From an uncultured Verrucomicrobiae bacterium (lineage in GTDB: Bacteria > Verrucomicrobiota > Verrucomicrobiia > Chthoniobacterales > Chthoniobacteraceae), in assembly GCA_963836755.1 (NCBI GenBank), contig CAWIKF010000001.1, positions 320,001 through 384,000 on the forward strand: a DNA stretch of 64,000 nt, given 5' to 3'. Positions 9,555-20,957 of this stretch are shown here, piece by piece. Position 1 is the stretch's first letter; the number at the start of each line of letters is the position of its first letter. The notes under the pieces are model-generated. The model worked only from the letters and a program-made list of their open reading frames with translations, was not told the origin of the DNA and ran no database searches. The position numbers and the translations under genes are program-made.

Positions 9555-10426
9555 TGACGCAGGTCATGAATTTTTCGGAAGAGAATTGGCGCTCCGGCGT
9601 CGAAATTCTCATTCTCTGGGTCGCGATTTATTACGGCTATTTGTATTTCCGCGGCACGCGCGGGGCGAAAGTTTTGACGGGCCTCGCGCTGATTTTTTTG
9701 ACGCTGATTTTTGTTTCGCAGCTGTTAAAACTTGTCGTCATCAGCTGGCTCATTCGCAGCCTCACCGCGTTTCTCGCAGTCGCACTCGTCGTCATCTTTC
9801 AACCGGAACTGCGGCGCGCGCTGGCAGCGCTCGGCAGCCACCGCATCTTTTCCACTACGAGCCAGAGCCGCGAAACGATCGAGGTCGTCACGGAAATCAT
9901 TTTCGAATTATCCAATCGTCCGTTCGGCGCGCTGATCGCTATCGAGCGCGACATCAACCTCGCCGCATTCGCGGAGAGTGGCGTGCCGATTGATTGCGAA
10001 ATCTCCCCGGAACTGATTGTGACGATTTTTCATCCAAAAACTCCGCTGCACGATGGCGCTATTATTTTGCGCAATGAGCGGATCGTGGCGGCGGCGTGCA
10101 TTTTTCCCGTGAGCCAGCGCGAAGATCTCGACCGCAATCTCGGCCTGCGGCATCGCGCGGCGCTTGGCGTGACTGAGGAATCGGACGCGCTGGCGCTGGT
10201 CGTTTCAGAGGAAACCGGCATTGTGTCCATCTGCCATCGCGGTAAAATGGAACGCGATTTTAATCCCGAAAGTTTCCGAAAGCGCCTCTCGGAATTGCTG
10301 CTGCACGAGAAATATGAAAAGCCTGATTCTGAACAACTGGGCGGCGAAGCTGATCTCGCTCGTGCTCGCGAGCGTGCTTTGGTTTCTCGTCAAAAAGAAC
10401 GTCGAAACGACGAGTTTGCGGCCTGA
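9551..10426 (+). CDS. cdaA: Membrane-bound diadenylate cyclase CdaA/DacA
   Basis: Three N-terminal TM segments, FQPELRR, PLHDGA, GLRHRAA, VSEETG. Confidence 0.95.
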   Translation: MMTQVMNFSEENWRSGVEILILWVAIYYGYLYFRGTRGAKVLTGLALIFLTLIFVSQLLKLVVISWLIRSLTAFLAVALVVIFQPELRRALAALGSHRIFSTTSQSRETIEVVTEIIFELSNRPFGALIAIERDINLAAFAESGVPIDCEISPELIVTIFHPKTPLHDGAIILRNERIVAAACIFPVSQREDLDRNLGLRHRAALGVTEESDALALVVSEETGIVSICHRGKMERDFNPESFRKRLSELLLHEKYEKPDSEQLGGEADLARARERALVSRQKERRNDEFAA

Positions 10427-10464
10427 CCGCGACCTTTTTAAAACTCCGCAAGTCGACACTCGCC

Positions 10465-10484
<20 letters not shown>
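10314..10484 (+). CDS. 56-aa CdaR/YbbR-like N-terminal membrane anchor peptide (overlaps cdaA and glmM)
   Basis: MKSLILNNWAAKLISLVLASVLWFLVKK resembles the N-terminal NN..K..SL..A..LW..V anchor of CdaR; sits at the cdaR position between cdaA and glmM. Confidence 0.65.
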
Positions 10485-11885
<1,401 letters not shown>

Positions 11886-11889
<4 letters not shown>

Positions 11890-12515
11890 ACTATTTCATC
11901 ACCGGCACGGACACCGGTGTCGGGAAAACTTTCGTCGCCACAATGCTGATTCGTGCGCTGCGCGCCGCGGGGCACGACACGGTGGGCATGAAGCCGATTT
12001 GCTGTGGTGATCGCGCTGACGCAGAGGCGTTGCTCGCGGCCTCGGGCGGGGAAATTTCAATCGACGATGTCAATCCGGTCTGGTTGCGAACGCCCGCTGC
12101 GCCTTTCGCCGCGGCAGGGATCGAGAATCGCGAGGTTGACCTCGACGCGGTGCGGCAAACTTTTGCGCGATTGCGCCGGACGCATCGATCGCTCGTCGTG
12201 GAGGGAGTTGGCGGATGGCTCGTGCCGATCGCGTCAAAGTTTTTCGTGGCCGACCTTGCGGCAGAATTTTCTTTGCCAGTCGTCGTCGTCGCAAGCAACA
12301 GGCTCGGAACGATAAACCACACCCTTTTAACAGTCCGCGAAATCAAGTTGCGCGGACTTTCGTGCGAGGGCGTGATTTTCAACCACGACAGCGAGGCAGC
12401 GGCAACCACGCGCCGCGCGGATCTCGAATCTCATCTTGAGGTCCCGATTCTGATGGAAATAACGCGGGGTCAAAAAGAAGTGGCTGTCTTGCCTGAACGC
12501 CCTCTCGAGTCGTAA
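11886..12515 (+). CDS. bioD: Dethiobiotin synthase
   Basis: FITGTDTGVGKT, KPICCG, VEGVGG, LGTINHT. Confidence 0.93.
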
Positions 12516-12629
12516 TCCCGACACGACTGTCTTTGTTTTTTACAGCGCAGCGCCTCCGATTTCTGCGCTTCCTCTGTAAACTTGCGGAGGCACGTCCATT
12601 GCTCGTCTGTCATTGCCCAACAAACTCCA

Positions 12630-13109
12630 ATGCAACTCGAGAAAATTTTCCACGTTCATCAATCACTTTCCGAAACCCAAAGCCGTCTCGCATCGGTCAC
12701 CTCCTATCGCCGCCATTTGGACGGCGTGACGAAAGCGATGATTTGCGATGGCACTGCGCAGTTTCGGTTCGAACCGGGCCTCGGTTATTCGATCAACGTC
12801 GATCTCCTCGAACTCGCCGGCAAAACTCCGGGTCAGATTTTGTTCCGCTCGACCAGCGGCAACATCGAGGTTGCCGGCATGATCGAGTTCTTCGCGATTC
12901 GCGAGCAGGTAACCGAAGTGGTGCTGACGTTGGATTATCAACTCAGCGCGCCGCTCGCTCGCGTGGTCGATAATCTGACGCACGTGATGGATCGATTTTT
13001 GGACGTTCAGCTGCGCCGGCTGCAAGCGCACTTTGAAGGCGTCGGCACCATGGCGGCGCATTCAGCTGGTCATTTTGCGGGAATGGGTTTGGCGCATTCT
13101 GCGGCGTAA
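12630..13109 (+). CDS. Hypothetical protein, possible SRPBCC/cyclase-like fold
   Basis: Probable ATG at 12630; G.IEF....TEVVLTLDY followed by a C-terminal helix, as in SRPBCC proteins. Confidence 0.5.
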   Translation: MQLEKIFHVHQSLSETQSRLASVTSYRRHLDGVTKAMICDGTAQFRFEPGLGYSINVDLLELAGKTPGQILFRSTSGNIEVAGMIEFFAIREQVTEVVLTLDYQLSAPLARVVDNLTHVMDRFLDVQLRRLQAHFEGVGTMAAHSAGHFAGMGLAHSAA

Positions 13110-13125
13110 AAGAACGCGCCATTTT

Positions 13126-13674
13126 TCACCCGAGGCCGATTATTTTTCGCAGTTCTAACGAGCGCGCGGCGTTTTCCGCATCGGATAAAACCGGCTGCAA
13201 ACCAGTTTCTGGGGACGCGTCGGGAATTGTCACCCACGAACGGCAGCCGCCGAACTTTGGCTCGTCCGGAAATTCAAAGATAGGTTGCAGCCGATGGATT
13301 CGGACGAACGCGAGGTGCAACTCGTTTTTGCTGTCGTAACGAAATCGCTCCTCGACAACTTCGTCGCGCCAGAGGTGAAAACTTTTTAGCCGACGCGCCG
13401 TCTCGAGATCGGTGAGAAGCGCGTTCCATTCGACGCGCGCGAGAAATTCGATTCTCACGATTCCCGACTCGCAATGAGGCAGCGGCGTATCGGCGGGCAA
13501 CTCTAATTTCGAAACCTGCTCGTGAAAAAGCGTTGGGAACAAGAAGAATTCCTCGTGCTTGAACTGAAAACCGGCGCGGCCCTCGGCGATGCCGCCTTTG
13601 CGCAGCAGGATTGATTGGCGGCCTGAGCCGAGCGCGTCGCAAATCAGCGTCCATTCTTTAAAAGCAATGCTCAT
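13126..13674 (-). CDS. DUF1802 family protein
   Basis: AFKEW...C.AL.SGRQSILLRKGGI.E, FFLFPT.FH, GGCRSWV. Confidence 0.85.
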   Translation of the reverse strand: MSIAFKEWTLICDALGSGRQSILLRKGGIAEGRAGFQFKHEEFFLFPTLFHEQVSKLELPADTPLPHCESGIVRIEFLARVEWNALLTDLETARRLKSFHLWRDEVVEERFRYDSKNELHLAFVRIHRLQPIFEFPDEPKFGGCRSWVTIPDASPETGLQPVLSDAENAARSLELRKIIGLG

Positions 13675-13748
13675 CGCGGCGATTCAAGCACGGTCGGCCG
13701 CGCTTTTTCCATTCATCATTCACAATCTTTGGTTCATAATTTTCCGCC

Positions 13749-14471
13749 ATGGCTTTGAACATTGATTTGCACTGCCATTCATTTTTTTCCGGAGACGGCG
13801 TCAGCAGCCCGGAGGAGTTGATCGCTTCTGCCAAACTCAAAGGCCTCCACGGTTTTGCGCTCACCGATCACAACACTTCCGACGGCGTCAATTACCTCCT
13901 CGACAAAGGATTGATGCGGGCTGACGGCCAACCGGTCGGCGATTTTCTCATCATCCCGGGCGTCGAGGTGACGACTGCGGAAGGCCATCTGCTCTGCCTC
14001 GGAGTGCAGCTTCCAAATTTAAAAGGAACGCCGGCGAAAGAGGTTTGCGAGCTCGTGCATCAAGGTGGCGGCGTCGCAATCCCGCCGCATCCTTACGACT
14101 TGTTTCGCGCCGGGATCCGGCAGGCAGTGCTGGATCAAATTCCCATCGATGCGCTGGAAGTATTCAACGCAGCGACCACTCTCAAGCGATACAACCGCCA
14201 GGCTTTTGAATATGCGCAGATGCGGAATTTACCGATGACGGCCGGCAGCGATGCGCATCACGAAGCGGCGATCGGCACTGCTTACACTATTTTGAACACG
14301 GAAGATTTTTCGCTGCGTGGCGTGCTCGCGCAGATTTTGAAAAGCAACGAGTTGAATCAACAATACATGAGCCCGCGCGACAGCCTGCGCAAAACCTGGA
14401 ACAATTGGTTGCGGCTGCGCCGGCGCAAGCATCACGCGCCCGCGGCGACCGCCGAAAATCTCGAAAAATAA
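13749..14471 (+). CDS. PHP-domain metal-dependent phosphoesterase
   Basis: DLHCHS, LTDHN, PGVEVTT..GH, HPY, EVFN, GSDAH. Confidence 0.88.
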   Translation: MALNIDLHCHSFFSGDGVSSPEELIASAKLKGLHGFALTDHNTSDGVNYLLDKGLMRADGQPVGDFLIIPGVEVTTAEGHLLCLGVQLPNLKGTPAKEVCELVHQGGGVAIPPHPYDLFRAGIRQAVLDQIPIDALEVFNAATTLKRYNRQAFEYAQMRNLPMTAGSDAHHEAAIGTAYTILNTEDFSLRGVLAQILKSNELNQQYMSPRDSLRKTWNNWLRLRRRKHHAPAATAENLEK

Positions 14472-14472
14472 G

Positions 14473-15648
14473 TCACGCGATTCGCACGGCGCGCGTTTTA
14501 TCGAGCCGCAAGACATCGCCGGATTCAAACGCGGGCGTCGCTTTTGGATCCGTGATTTTTTCACCGCGTAATTGCACGCTGCCTTGCTCGATGAGACGCC
14601 GCACGTCGCCGCGCGAGCGCGCGATGCCAAACGCGCTTTCGTAAGCCGCGACGCCGATCGAAACGATGTCGCGATCCGCGCTTTTCATGGAAAACGATGG
14701 AAGCGTCGCGTGGTCAATGTCGCGTTTACTGAAGCGCAGGTTGAATTCATCCAGCGCCGTCTGCGCCGCGGCGCGCGAGTGGTAGCGCTCGACGATCGCG
14801 AACGCGAGCTGCTTCTTTGCCTCCATCGGATGCAACGCGGGCATTTCGATGCCGAGCAGGAGCAAATAATAGCGCGCCATTAACGCATCGGAAATACTCA
14901 TCAATTTTCCGAAAATTTCCCCCGGCGCTTCGCTGACGCCGACGTAATTTCCGAGGCTCTTGCTCATCTTTTTCTCGCCGTCGAGCCCTTCGAGCAGCGG
15001 CATTAAAAACACAACCTGCTGCGGCTGGCCCTCTTCGCGCTGAAGTTCGCGCCCCACCAGAATATTAAACAACTGATCGGTTCCACCGATCTCGACATCC
15101 GCGCTGACTTGAACGGAATCCCAGCCTTGGATGATCGGATAAAGCACCTCGTGCAAGCGAACAGGTGCGCTTTTTTCGATCCGATTTTTAAAATCCTCGC
15201 GCTGTAAAATTTGCTGCAGCGTCACGCGCGAAGTCAGCTTGATTACCTCCTCAAATTCCATCAGCTCCAGCCATTCTCCATTGAAAACCGTGCGTGTTTT
15301 TTCGCGGTCGAGGATCTTGTAAGCCTGCTCCTGAAAAGTCCGCGCGTTCTCCATCACACGGTCGTGCGTCAGCTGTGGGCGCGTCGCGGAGCGCCCGCTC
15401 GGGTCGCCGATCATCGCGGTGAAATCGCCGATGATCAAAACTGCGCGATGTCCGAAATCCTGGAACTGCCGCAACTTTTGCAGCGCGACCGTGAAACCGA
15501 GATGAATGTCCGGTGCGGTCGGATCGACGCCGAGCTTGATATTGAGCGGCCGGCCGAGCCGCAGCTTCGCGAGCAATTCCTCCTCGCTGATGATTTGCGC
15601 AGCGCCGCGCCGCAGCTGCTCGAGTTGGCTTTCGGGAGAAACGTCCAT
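14473..15648 (-). CDS. tyrS: Tyrosine--tRNA ligase
   Basis: DPTAPDIHLG, GDFTA.IGDPSGR, YP..QG.D, GG.DQ.FN, KMSKS, C-terminal S4-like domain; ATG at 15648. Confidence 0.96.
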   Translation of the reverse strand: MDVSPESQLEQLRRGAAQIISEEELLAKLRLGRPLNIKLGVDPTAPDIHLGFTVALQKLRQFQDFGHRAVLIIGDFTAMIGDPSGRSATRPQLTHDRVMENARTFQEQAYKILDREKTRTVFNGEWLELMEFEEVIKLTSRVTLQQILQREDFKNRIEKSAPVRLHEVLYPIIQGWDSVQVSADVEIGGTDQLFNILVGRELQREEGQPQQVVFLMPLLEGLDGEKKMSKSLGNYVGVSEAPGEIFGKLMSISDALMARYYLLLLGIEMPALHPMEAKKQLAFAIVERYHSRAAAQTALDEFNLRFSKRDIDHATLPSFSMKSADRDIVSIGVAAYESAFGIARSRGDVRRLIEQGSVQLRGEKITDPKATPAFESGDVLRLDKTRAVRIA

Positions 15649-15700
15649 GCGGGAACTCGGTTTTACGACGCCGGGCCGCAATCCGCAATCGGACATTTTG

Positions 15701-16201
15701 CTACTTGTTCTTGTTTAACAGCGTGCGCACGTCGTCGATGCTCATCGGCTTCGTCGTGTGCTGCTCGTCGAGCGCCTTTTGCGATTTACCCCGCTCGATA
15801 AACTCGCGCGTCTCATATTCGCGCGTCGTGAAACTTTTACCACTTTCCGGTGCGTCCTTCACCGCCGCCGCCTTCGTCTCATACAGTTTCTGGTCGCGCG
15901 CATCCGTCTTTGTCGGCGCATCTTTTGTGGCAAAAAGGAGATCGCGCTGCGAATACGACTTCGAGTGGAAACCCTTGCTCGCAAAAGTCTTCGTCTCGAA
16001 ATGCTCGGACAGATAAAAGTCGTTGATGTTCGCCTTCTTGTCGGCTTGGAAAACTTTGCCGTCGTAGAACGATTTGTTTTGGAAAAAAGTCTTCGCCAGA
16101 TCCTGATTGCGCGTCTGCAAAAGCAGCCCCGGATCCTGCTGTTGCGCTTGCGCGTAAACGCCAAAAACCAGCATCCAAAAAAGCAGGGAAAGCAGCCGCA
16201 C
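15701..16201 (-). CDS. Secreted hypothetical protein with (F/Y)x(T/S)(K/R)x repeats
   Basis: Signal peptide ending AQA; repeated FETKT/FASKG/FHSKS/FTTRE/YETRE units. Confidence 0.7.
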   Translation of the reverse strand: MRLLSLLFWMLVFGVYAQAQQQDPGLLLQTRNQDLAKTFFQNKSFYDGKVFQADKKANINDFYLSEHFETKTFASKGFHSKSYSQRDLLFATKDAPTKTDARDQKLYETKAAAVKDAPESGKSFTTREYETREFIERGKSQKALDEQHTTKPMSIDDVRTLLNKNK

Positions 16202-16239
16202 AGCTCACCCTTTCCACAAATCGTGCGCGCTGTCCAGCG

Positions 16240-16821
16240 CTAGTCTGAGAGCGCGAGCTGGCCCGCTGTGCGCGTTTCAGGAAGCAGCGCGGTCAACTTT
16301 TTCTCCGAAATCGTGACGTGCGTGCCGATGCCGATCGCATCGTAAACCTGCACCACATCTTTCGAGCGCATGCGGATGCAGCCCCAGCTCATCGGCTTTC
16401 CAAGCGACCGCTCCTCCGGCGTGCCGTGAATGTAAATGCAGCGGTCATACGCGCGCTGCGTTTCACCCGCGAGGCCTTTCAACCAGATGACTCGCGTGAC
16501 AATCGGGTCGCGTCCCGGCGCGTTCGGCGCGAGCACTTCGCCCGTCGCCGCACGATGCCTGATGACTGCGCCAAGCGGAAGATTGTCGCCGATTTTATTG
16601 CAAACCCACAGCACGCCTTCGGGCGTTTTGTAGCTGCCCATTTCATCGCCGACTCCGAACCTTGAGGTCGAGATGCGGAATTCCGAAACGACCTCTCCGT
16701 TTTTGACCAGCGCGAGTTTTTGATCATGCACACTGATCAAAATTTCCGGCCCGAAATCCGCCGCGCGTCCAGCAATCATCGCCATCCAGCTCATGAGGCA
16801 CATTAGTAAAATTCGTCTCAT
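16240..16821 (-). CDS. L,D-transpeptidase (YkuD family)
   Basis: Signal peptide; ISTS..G.G....SYKTP.G, IYIHGT, SWGCIRM (His/Cys catalytic motif). Confidence 0.9.
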   Translation of the reverse strand: MRRILLMCLMSWMAMIAGRAADFGPEILISVHDQKLALVKNGEVVSEFRISTSRFGVGDEMGSYKTPEGVLWVCNKIGDNLPLGAVIRHRAATGEVLAPNAPGRDPIVTRVIWLKGLAGETQRAYDRCIYIHGTPEERSLGKPMSWGCIRMRSKDVVQVYDAIGIGTHVTISEKKLTALLPETRTAGQLALSD

Positions 16822-16890
16822 GCGCGCTTTCTTTAGCACGATCCCTCTCGCGCGCAACGCGGAATTTGTGACAATTCGGCGTCCGAACTT

Positions 16891-18558
16891 TTACGCGCGC
16901 CGCAGCAAACTCTTCGCATGCGCGAGCGCTGAATCGCTCTGGTCGCCAAGCATCCGCGCGATTTCCGCCTCGCGACTCTTGCCTTTCACCTCGTCGAGAT
17001 GCGAAAGCGTCCGTTCATTCGTGTATTCCTTCGTCACGACAAATTGCGACGTCGCGACCGCCGCAACTTGCGGCAAATGCGTGATGCAGAGCACTTGATG
17101 TTCGCGCCCGAGCGACTGCATTTTCGCGCCGACGGCGTGCGCAATTTCGCCGCCGACGTTTGCATCGATCTCGTCAAAAACGAGCAGCGGGATGCGATCC
17201 TGAGCGGCCAGCGAAGTTTTCACCGCAAGCATCACGCGCGAGATTTCCCCGCTCGATGCCACCGATTTCAGCGGCTTCGCGGGCTCGCCAGGATTCGGTG
17301 AAAAAAGAAACTCGACGCTCTCGAACCCGCTTGGCGTCGGCCTTGGCGAAGAATTGATCGCAATTGAAAATCCCGATTTCTTGAAGCCCAGGTCGTGCAA
17401 TTGCGCGGAGATTTCTGCCGCCAATTTCGGCGCAGCGGCATTCCGCTTCTTCGTCAGTTTTTCACCGAGCTCGCCAAGTTTTTTCTGCGCGACATTGATG
17501 TCATTCTCCAGCCGCGCGAGTTCCTCGCCGCGCGATTCTATCGTGCGCAGCCGCTCCGCCGCTTCCGCGCCAAACGCGATCACATCGGGCACCGCCGGGC
17601 CGTATTTTCGCTTGAGCGTTTCGATCAGCGAGACGCGTTCTTCTAGTTCTGAAAGTTGCGCCGGATCGATGTCGAGCGCCTCGGCGTAATGCTGCATCTC
17701 GCGCGCAATTTCCTCGAGATCCGTCACAGCGCGCGTGTGGGCCTGCGAAAATTTTCCGGCGCCATCATCCACTTTTTCCAGCTCGCGAAAAAGTCGCTGC
17801 ACCTCGCCCAGCCTCACCAATACAGCATCTTCAGCTTCCGCAAGCCGTTGTGAAATTTGCGTTGCGAGCTCGATCAGTCGCCGACTGTTTTTCGCCGTGT
17901 TGTAGCGCGCGAGCAAAGTTTGATCTTCATCGGGCTGTAGATTCGCCGATTCGATTTCGCGAACCTGGTGCTTGAGCAAATCCGTTTCGCGTTCGAGCGA
18001 AGCCTCGCTCGCTGAAAGTTTTTCACGCTCGCGCAGCAGCGTGTCGAGAGCGCGAAATTGCTTTTGGAAATCAGCTCGCGCCGATTCCGCGCCGGCAAAC
18101 GAATCGAGCAGACCGAGCTGTTTATCGCTCGCGAGAAGCGATTGGTGATCGTGCGGCCCGTGCAGATCAACGAGGACGTCGCCGATATTTTTTAAAACAG
18201 CGAGCGTCGTCGCCGAGCCGTTCACGAATTGGCGATTCATGCCGGCGTTGGAAAAACTGCGTTTCAAGATCAGCGATTGCTCGGCGCACGGCTCCACGCC
18301 TTGATCCGCGAGCTGCGTGTCGATTTCAACCGTGTCGTCGAAAACAAAAATCGCCTCGACCGTGCAGCTTTCCGCGCCGGTGCGAATCAAGGTTTTGTCC
18401 GCACGCTCGCCGAGCAAAAGTTTGAGCGCGCCGATGATGATTGATTTCCCGGAACCGGTTTCGCCGGTGATCGCGATGAAGCCGCGGCTGAGATTCCACG
18501 TCAAATCCTCGACCAGCGCGAGATTGCGAATGCGGAGCGAGGCGAGCGTTGCGGGCAC
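16891..18558 (-). CDS. recN: DNA repair protein RecN
   Basis: TGETGSGKS Walker A, HGPHDHQSL, SSGE.SR, FDEIDA, CITHLPQVA; start uncertain (GTG 18558 or TTG 18573). Confidence 0.95.
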   Translation of the reverse strand: MPATLASLRIRNLALVEDLTWNLSRGFIAITGETGSGKSIIIGALKLLLGERADKTLIRTGAESCTVEAIFVFDDTVEIDTQLADQGVEPCAEQSLILKRSFSNAGMNRQFVNGSATTLAVLKNIGDVLVDLHGPHDHQSLLASDKQLGLLDSFAGAESARADFQKQFRALDTLLREREKLSASEASLERETDLLKHQVREIESANLQPDEDQTLLARYNTAKNSRRLIELATQISQRLAEAEDAVLVRLGEVQRLFRELEKVDDGAGKFSQAHTRAVTDLEEIAREMQHYAEALDIDPAQLSELEERVSLIETLKRKYGPAVPDVIAFGAEAAERLRTIESRGEELARLENDINVAQKKLGELGEKLTKKRNAAAPKLAAEISAQLHDLGFKKSGFSIAINSSPRPTPSGFESVEFLFSPNPGEPAKPLKSVASSGEISRVMLAVKTSLAAQDRIPLLVFDEIDANVGGEIAHAVGAKMQSLGREHQVLCITHLPQVAAVATSQFVVTKEYTNERTLSHLDEVKGKSREAEIARMLGDQSDSALAHAKSLLRRA

Positions 18559-18594
18559 CTGGCGATTATGCAAAGCTGCGCGCGCATTTCAAAC

Positions 18595-19368
18595 ATGCTC
18601 ACCATCACCTTCCTCGGCACGGGCACTTCGCAGGGCGTGCCGATGATCGGATGCGACTGCGCGGTCTGCACGTCGATCGATCCGCGTGATCGGCGGACGC
18701 GCGCCTCGATTCACGTCGCGACACCGGAATGCGATTGGGTCGTCGACACCGGCCCGGAATTTCGCCTGCAATGCCTGCGCGAAAATGTGCGCACGCTGGA
18801 TGCGGTTGTTTATACACATTCACACACCGATCACATCATGGGCTTCGATGATCTGCGCGTCTTTTGCCATCGCGGACGCGACCTGCCCGTTTATGCGTCC
18901 GAAGAAACGATGCGCGATCTACAGCGCGTTTTCGCTTTTGCTTTCAACGGCGAAAACCGGTTTCCCGGCTACGTCCGACCCGTGCCTCATGTGGTTAACG
19001 GTGCGTTTGCTTTGGGAAAGACTGAGCTGCTGCCGCTGCCCGTCCAGCACGGCCGCGCGCGAGTTGACGGCTTTCTTTTTTCGCGCAATGGGGTGCGGCT
19101 CGCGGCTTATTTGAGCGATTGCAAGGAAGTGCCCGCGCACGTGATTCAGGCGATCCGCGGCACGCGTCTTCTCATTGTCGATGCGCTGCGGCGGCGCGAG
19201 CATCCGACGCACATGAACATCGATGAAGCGCTGGCGCTCGCGCATGCCGTGCAGCCTGGCGAGACGCTTTTCACGCATCTTTGTCATGAACTCTCCCACG
19301 CGGAAACGGAGGCAACTTTGCCGGCGGGAGTTCGTATCGCTTTCGACGGACTGAAAGTGCATTTGTGA
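18595..19368 (+). CDS. MBL-fold metallo-hydrolase (PhnP/YycJ-like phosphodiesterase)
   Basis: FLGTGTSQGVP..GC.C.VC, THSHTDH, THM, THLCH, AFDG. Confidence 0.92.
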   Translation: MLTITFLGTGTSQGVPMIGCDCAVCTSIDPRDRRTRASIHVATPECDWVVDTGPEFRLQCLRENVRTLDAVVYTHSHTDHIMGFDDLRVFCHRGRDLPVYASEETMRDLQRVFAFAFNGENRFPGYVRPVPHVVNGAFALGKTELLPLPVQHGRARVDGFLFSRNGVRLAAYLSDCKEVPAHVIQAIRGTRLLIVDALRRREHPTHMNIDEALALAHAVQPGETLFTHLCHELSHAETEATLPAGVRIAFDGLKVHL

Positions 19369-20957
19369 AAAAGGCGGCGAGGCTTTGTGCGGTCGGGCTG
19401 ATTTCTTTCGCAGGCGCATTGCCGATCCGCGCGCAGACTAGTTCGCCCACGCCATCGGCTCAACAGGTTGAAGCCGATGCGACGCTGGTTGTTTACAACA
19501 ATGCAGATCCCGATTCGGTGAATCTTGCCGCCTATTACGCGCAAAAGCGGAAGATTCCGCTCGATCACCTCGTCGGCCTCGACTGTTCAAACAACGAGGA
19601 AATCAGCCGCGAAGAATATGACCGCACCATCGCGGAGCCGCTTCGGAAGACATTTGCGACGCGCGAATGGTGGTGGCCGACTGATGCCGATTCGCCAGTC
19701 TTAAAAAATAAAATACGGTTCATCGCGCTCATGCGCGGAGTTCCGCTGAAAATTGCAGCGACTGCAAATTATCCGGGAGACAAGCCCGCCAATTTGCCGG
19801 CTTTGAATAAAAACGAGGCGAGTGTCGACTCGGAGCTTTCCGTGCTCGGCGTTTTTTCGCGTCAAATTTCCGGTCCCGCGAGCAATCTTTATTTCCGCAG
19901 CTTCACCGCTTTTCTCGACGCGCACCTCGCACCGATGATGCTCGTCTGCCGTCTCGATGCGCCGACTGTTTCGATGGTCAAAGGCATGATCGATGATTCG
20001 ATTCAAACGGAGCAAAACGGCCTCTGGGGCTTTGCTTGCATCGACTCGCGCGGCATCACCAGCGGCCCACTCGCCGAGGGCGACAAGTGGCTCAACGATG
20101 TCGCGGCCAATGCGCGCAAACATGGCATGCCGGTGATCGAAGACACTGCCGAAGCGCAGTTTGCCGATGATTATCCGCTGCGAAACGTGGCGTTATACTT
20201 TGGCTGGTATTCTGAAAATGTGAGCAGCGTTTTCGCGCAGGAAAATTTCCGTTTCAGCAAAGGCGCGATTGTCTGCCATATCCATTCCTTCAGCGCCTCG
20301 ACCGTCCGGAGCCCGCATCAGAACTGGGTCGGGCCGCTTCTCGCGCACGGCGCGGCCGCGGTTTTGGGAAATGTTTACGAGCCGTATCTCGCGCTGACGC
20401 CGAACCTCGACATTTTTTATGAGCGGCTTTGCAACGGCTTCAACTTTGCCGAGAGCGCATACGCGTCAGTGCGCGGACTTTCGTGGATGACGACGTTCGT
20501 CGGCGATCCGCTCTATCGGCCATTCAAAGTCATTCCCGACAGCGCTTCCGTGCCGACCGTGACGGAATGGAGTGCATATCGCGACGGCGCGCTCGCGTGG
20601 TTTGATGAAAGCCCCGCGAAGGGCGAAGCCGGGCTGCTGAAGTCCGCGCAGGAAAGGCACAGCGGGATTATTTATGAAGGTCTCGGCCTGCTCCAGAGCG
20701 ATGTGGCGCACGATCCGGCGGCTGCGGCGCAGTCGTTTGCGCAGGCGGAACATTGTTACACAAACACCAGCGACGTGCTGCGCGCGGTGATCGAGCGTGT
20801 GCATGCCTTGATGGATGCGAAGCTTGAAAAACAGGCGGTCGATTTGGCCCAAAACACAATTGCGGCCTTGCCAAAGGCGCCTGCTTCAAACGTGCTCCGC
20901 GCGATTGCGGCTGAACTCGAACAAAATCCCGGGTCCTCGCCGATCAAGCAGCCATGA
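19365..20957 (+). CDS. TIGR03790-like secreted protein
   Basis: Signal peptide; LVVYN...S..LA.YY, ASVDSEL, LVCRLD, YFGWY, HIHSFSA, GNVYEPYL, GDPLYRPF. Confidence 0.8.
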   Translation: MKKAARLCAVGLISFAGALPIRAQTSSPTPSAQQVEADATLVVYNNADPDSVNLAAYYAQKRKIPLDHLVGLDCSNNEEISREEYDRTIAEPLRKTFATREWWWPTDADSPVLKNKIRFIALMRGVPLKIAATANYPGDKPANLPALNKNEASVDSELSVLGVFSRQISGPASNLYFRSFTAFLDAHLAPMMLVCRLDAPTVSMVKGMIDDSIQTEQNGLWGFACIDSRGITSGPLAEGDKWLNDVAANARKHGMPVIEDTAEAQFADDYPLRNVALYFGWYSENVSSVFAQENFRFSKGAIVCHIHSFSASTVRSPHQNWVGPLLAHGAAAVLGNVYEPYLALTPNLDIFYERLCNGFNFAESAYASVRGLSWMTTFVGDPLYRPFKVIPDSASVPTVTEWSAYRDGALAWFDESPAKGEAGLLKSAQERHSGIIYEGLGLLQSDVAHDPAAAAQSFAQAEHCYTNTSDVLRAVIERVHALMDAKLEKQAVDLAQNTIAALPKAPASNVLRAIAAELEQNPGSSPIKQP

